A DNA stretch of 63,959 nt, counting the filler, from Craspedostauros australis (taxonomy: Eukaryota), in assembly GCA_030167865.1 (NCBI GenBank). It is 6 parts of 6 records of this genome, joined end to end, with 100 filler letters (N's around TTAATTAATTAA, not from the genome) between each part and the next. Parts side by side here need not be neighbours in the genome. Positions count along the whole stretch, not along the records: positions 62,841 to 63,959 come from JALAGF010006357.1; 5 more parts are not named here. One strand, 5' to 3'. The notes beneath the pieces are model-generated. The model had not been told where the DNA came from. It saw only the letters and a program-made list of their open reading frames with translations, and did not search any database. Positions 62,741-63,959 of the stretch are shown in pieces (positions within the stretch are counted from its first letter, which is position 1; every line of letters begins with the position of its first letter). A program made the position numbers and the translations under genes.

Positions 62741-62840
62741 NNNNNNNNNNNNNNNNNNNNNNNNNNNNNNNNNNNNNNNNNNNNTTAATTAATTAANNNN
62801 NNNNNNNNNNNNNNNNNNNNNNNNNNNNNNNNNNNNNNNN
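62741..62840. other. Artificial 100-bp linker
   Basis: N44-TTAATTAATTAA-N44. Confidence 0.95.
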
Positions 62841-63881
62841 GGTTGATTTCCCATCCCTCCCACTCCACACATGGGACAAGTACGTCATCTGTGACACCAG
62901 ATGCCGCCACCAAATTGGCCTCATTGTCTCCGAACTTGACCTCGTGCGTTTGGCGTACCTTTTGCTCTTTCGCGCAGAAACGCTTCTTTGGCATGCCGGG
63001 GAAACTCAGGACACGCCCCTCAAGGCATTCTGCATCCACCAAAACTGTGGTTGTTCCTGCAATGTTGCCAGCTTCCAATGCATCGAAAAATTGGTGTTCC
63101 GTCTTGATGTCATTGTCCTCCAGCACGTAGGCTCGCAACACAACAGTGATGTACGCAAAGTGCGTGTCGAGGCGGCCTTTTCCGGTTTGGGCTTCGGTGT
63201 AGATCCAGGCCGCAATCTTGGGGACATTTCGCGTTCCAAGGTTCTTGTTCAGCACTGATGTGATCAGTGGGATGTGCTCGTGGCTCGCGAAACAAGACGC
63301 GTTATTAGATTGGATGACAATTTCGGTGACCAATGGAAGAATTTTTCTCACCTGTTGTTGCACAATTTCGAGAAGCCCGCCAACTTGGAGGGNNNNNNNN
63401 NNNNNNNNNNNNNNNNNNNNNNNNNNNNNNNNNNNNNNNNNNCCTGTTGTTGCACAATTTCGAGAAGCCCGCCAACTTGGAGGGTGTCTTGAGTTGGCCT
63501 CCCCTTCACAATGATATCAATGAAGCGATAAGTGAGTGTGCCATTGTGACATGTGATCACCATCGCACCCAGCAGAGACATGCCCTTCTTGCCCCAGTAT
63601 TCTTGTTGAGCTTCGCCTTGGCCAGTCGGAAGAATTTTCTGTTTATGGTCCAGCACCACATGTGCGCGATCCTCTCGGTTGTTGATACTTTGGAGGTACT
63701 GCTCAATTTGTCCGAATTGAACCTTGCTGCGCACTTTGTGTGCCATGTACCACAGTATTTCGTTGTTGAACCCTGGTGCGGCATTGAGCATCGACTCCAA
63801 TTCTGTCGCATGTTCCGCAAGGTGATCTTCCATAAGCGATGTCACGAAAGGGACATATTGGTCGTCCACAAAACACATCAC
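62841..63881 (-). mobile_element. DDD/E transposase fragment, Sola-like (possibly Sola3)
   Basis: VLDHKQKILP..EAQQEYWGKKGMSLLG, IQSNNASCF and YTEAQTGKGRLDTHF resemble the D..K.LP..E.Q..FGK.G / SDNA..Y / E.Q.GK...D pattern I associate with Sola transposases. Superfamily assignment is from memory. Confidence 0.55.
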
Positions 63882-63959
63882 CCCTGCACAACGGTTACAT
63901 ACTCCAGTGTGTTGTTTGTCTGTGGTGGCGCAAGGCTGTTCATTATTGTCAGTGGTGGT

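Overview
Eukaryotic nuclear DNA, most likely from a diatom (inferred from short GT-AG introns, CoDi-like Ty1/copia elements and RXL-motif proteins). The window joins at least six pieces through artificial N44-TTAATTAATTAA-N44 spacers, so adjacency across those points cannot be trusted. The gene-rich part (about 2-42 kb) encodes an SGNH/PC-esterase-like protein, two hypothetical proteins, a JTB-like protein, two tandem presenilins, COG8, a TrmA-type m5U methyltransferase, RNA polymerase II subunit RPB2, RPN13 and a ~1750-aa coiled-coil protein. The right third is mostly transposable elements: nested LTRs, two copia-type retrotransposons and a Sola-like transposase remnant. The standout is a 472-aa in-frame intein in nuclear RPB2 (29482-30897, minus strand), inserted at [13 protein letters not shown]. 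Its splicing motifs are intact but its LAGLIDADG homing endonuclease appears degenerate. All calls come from reading motifs by eye; no database searches were run.
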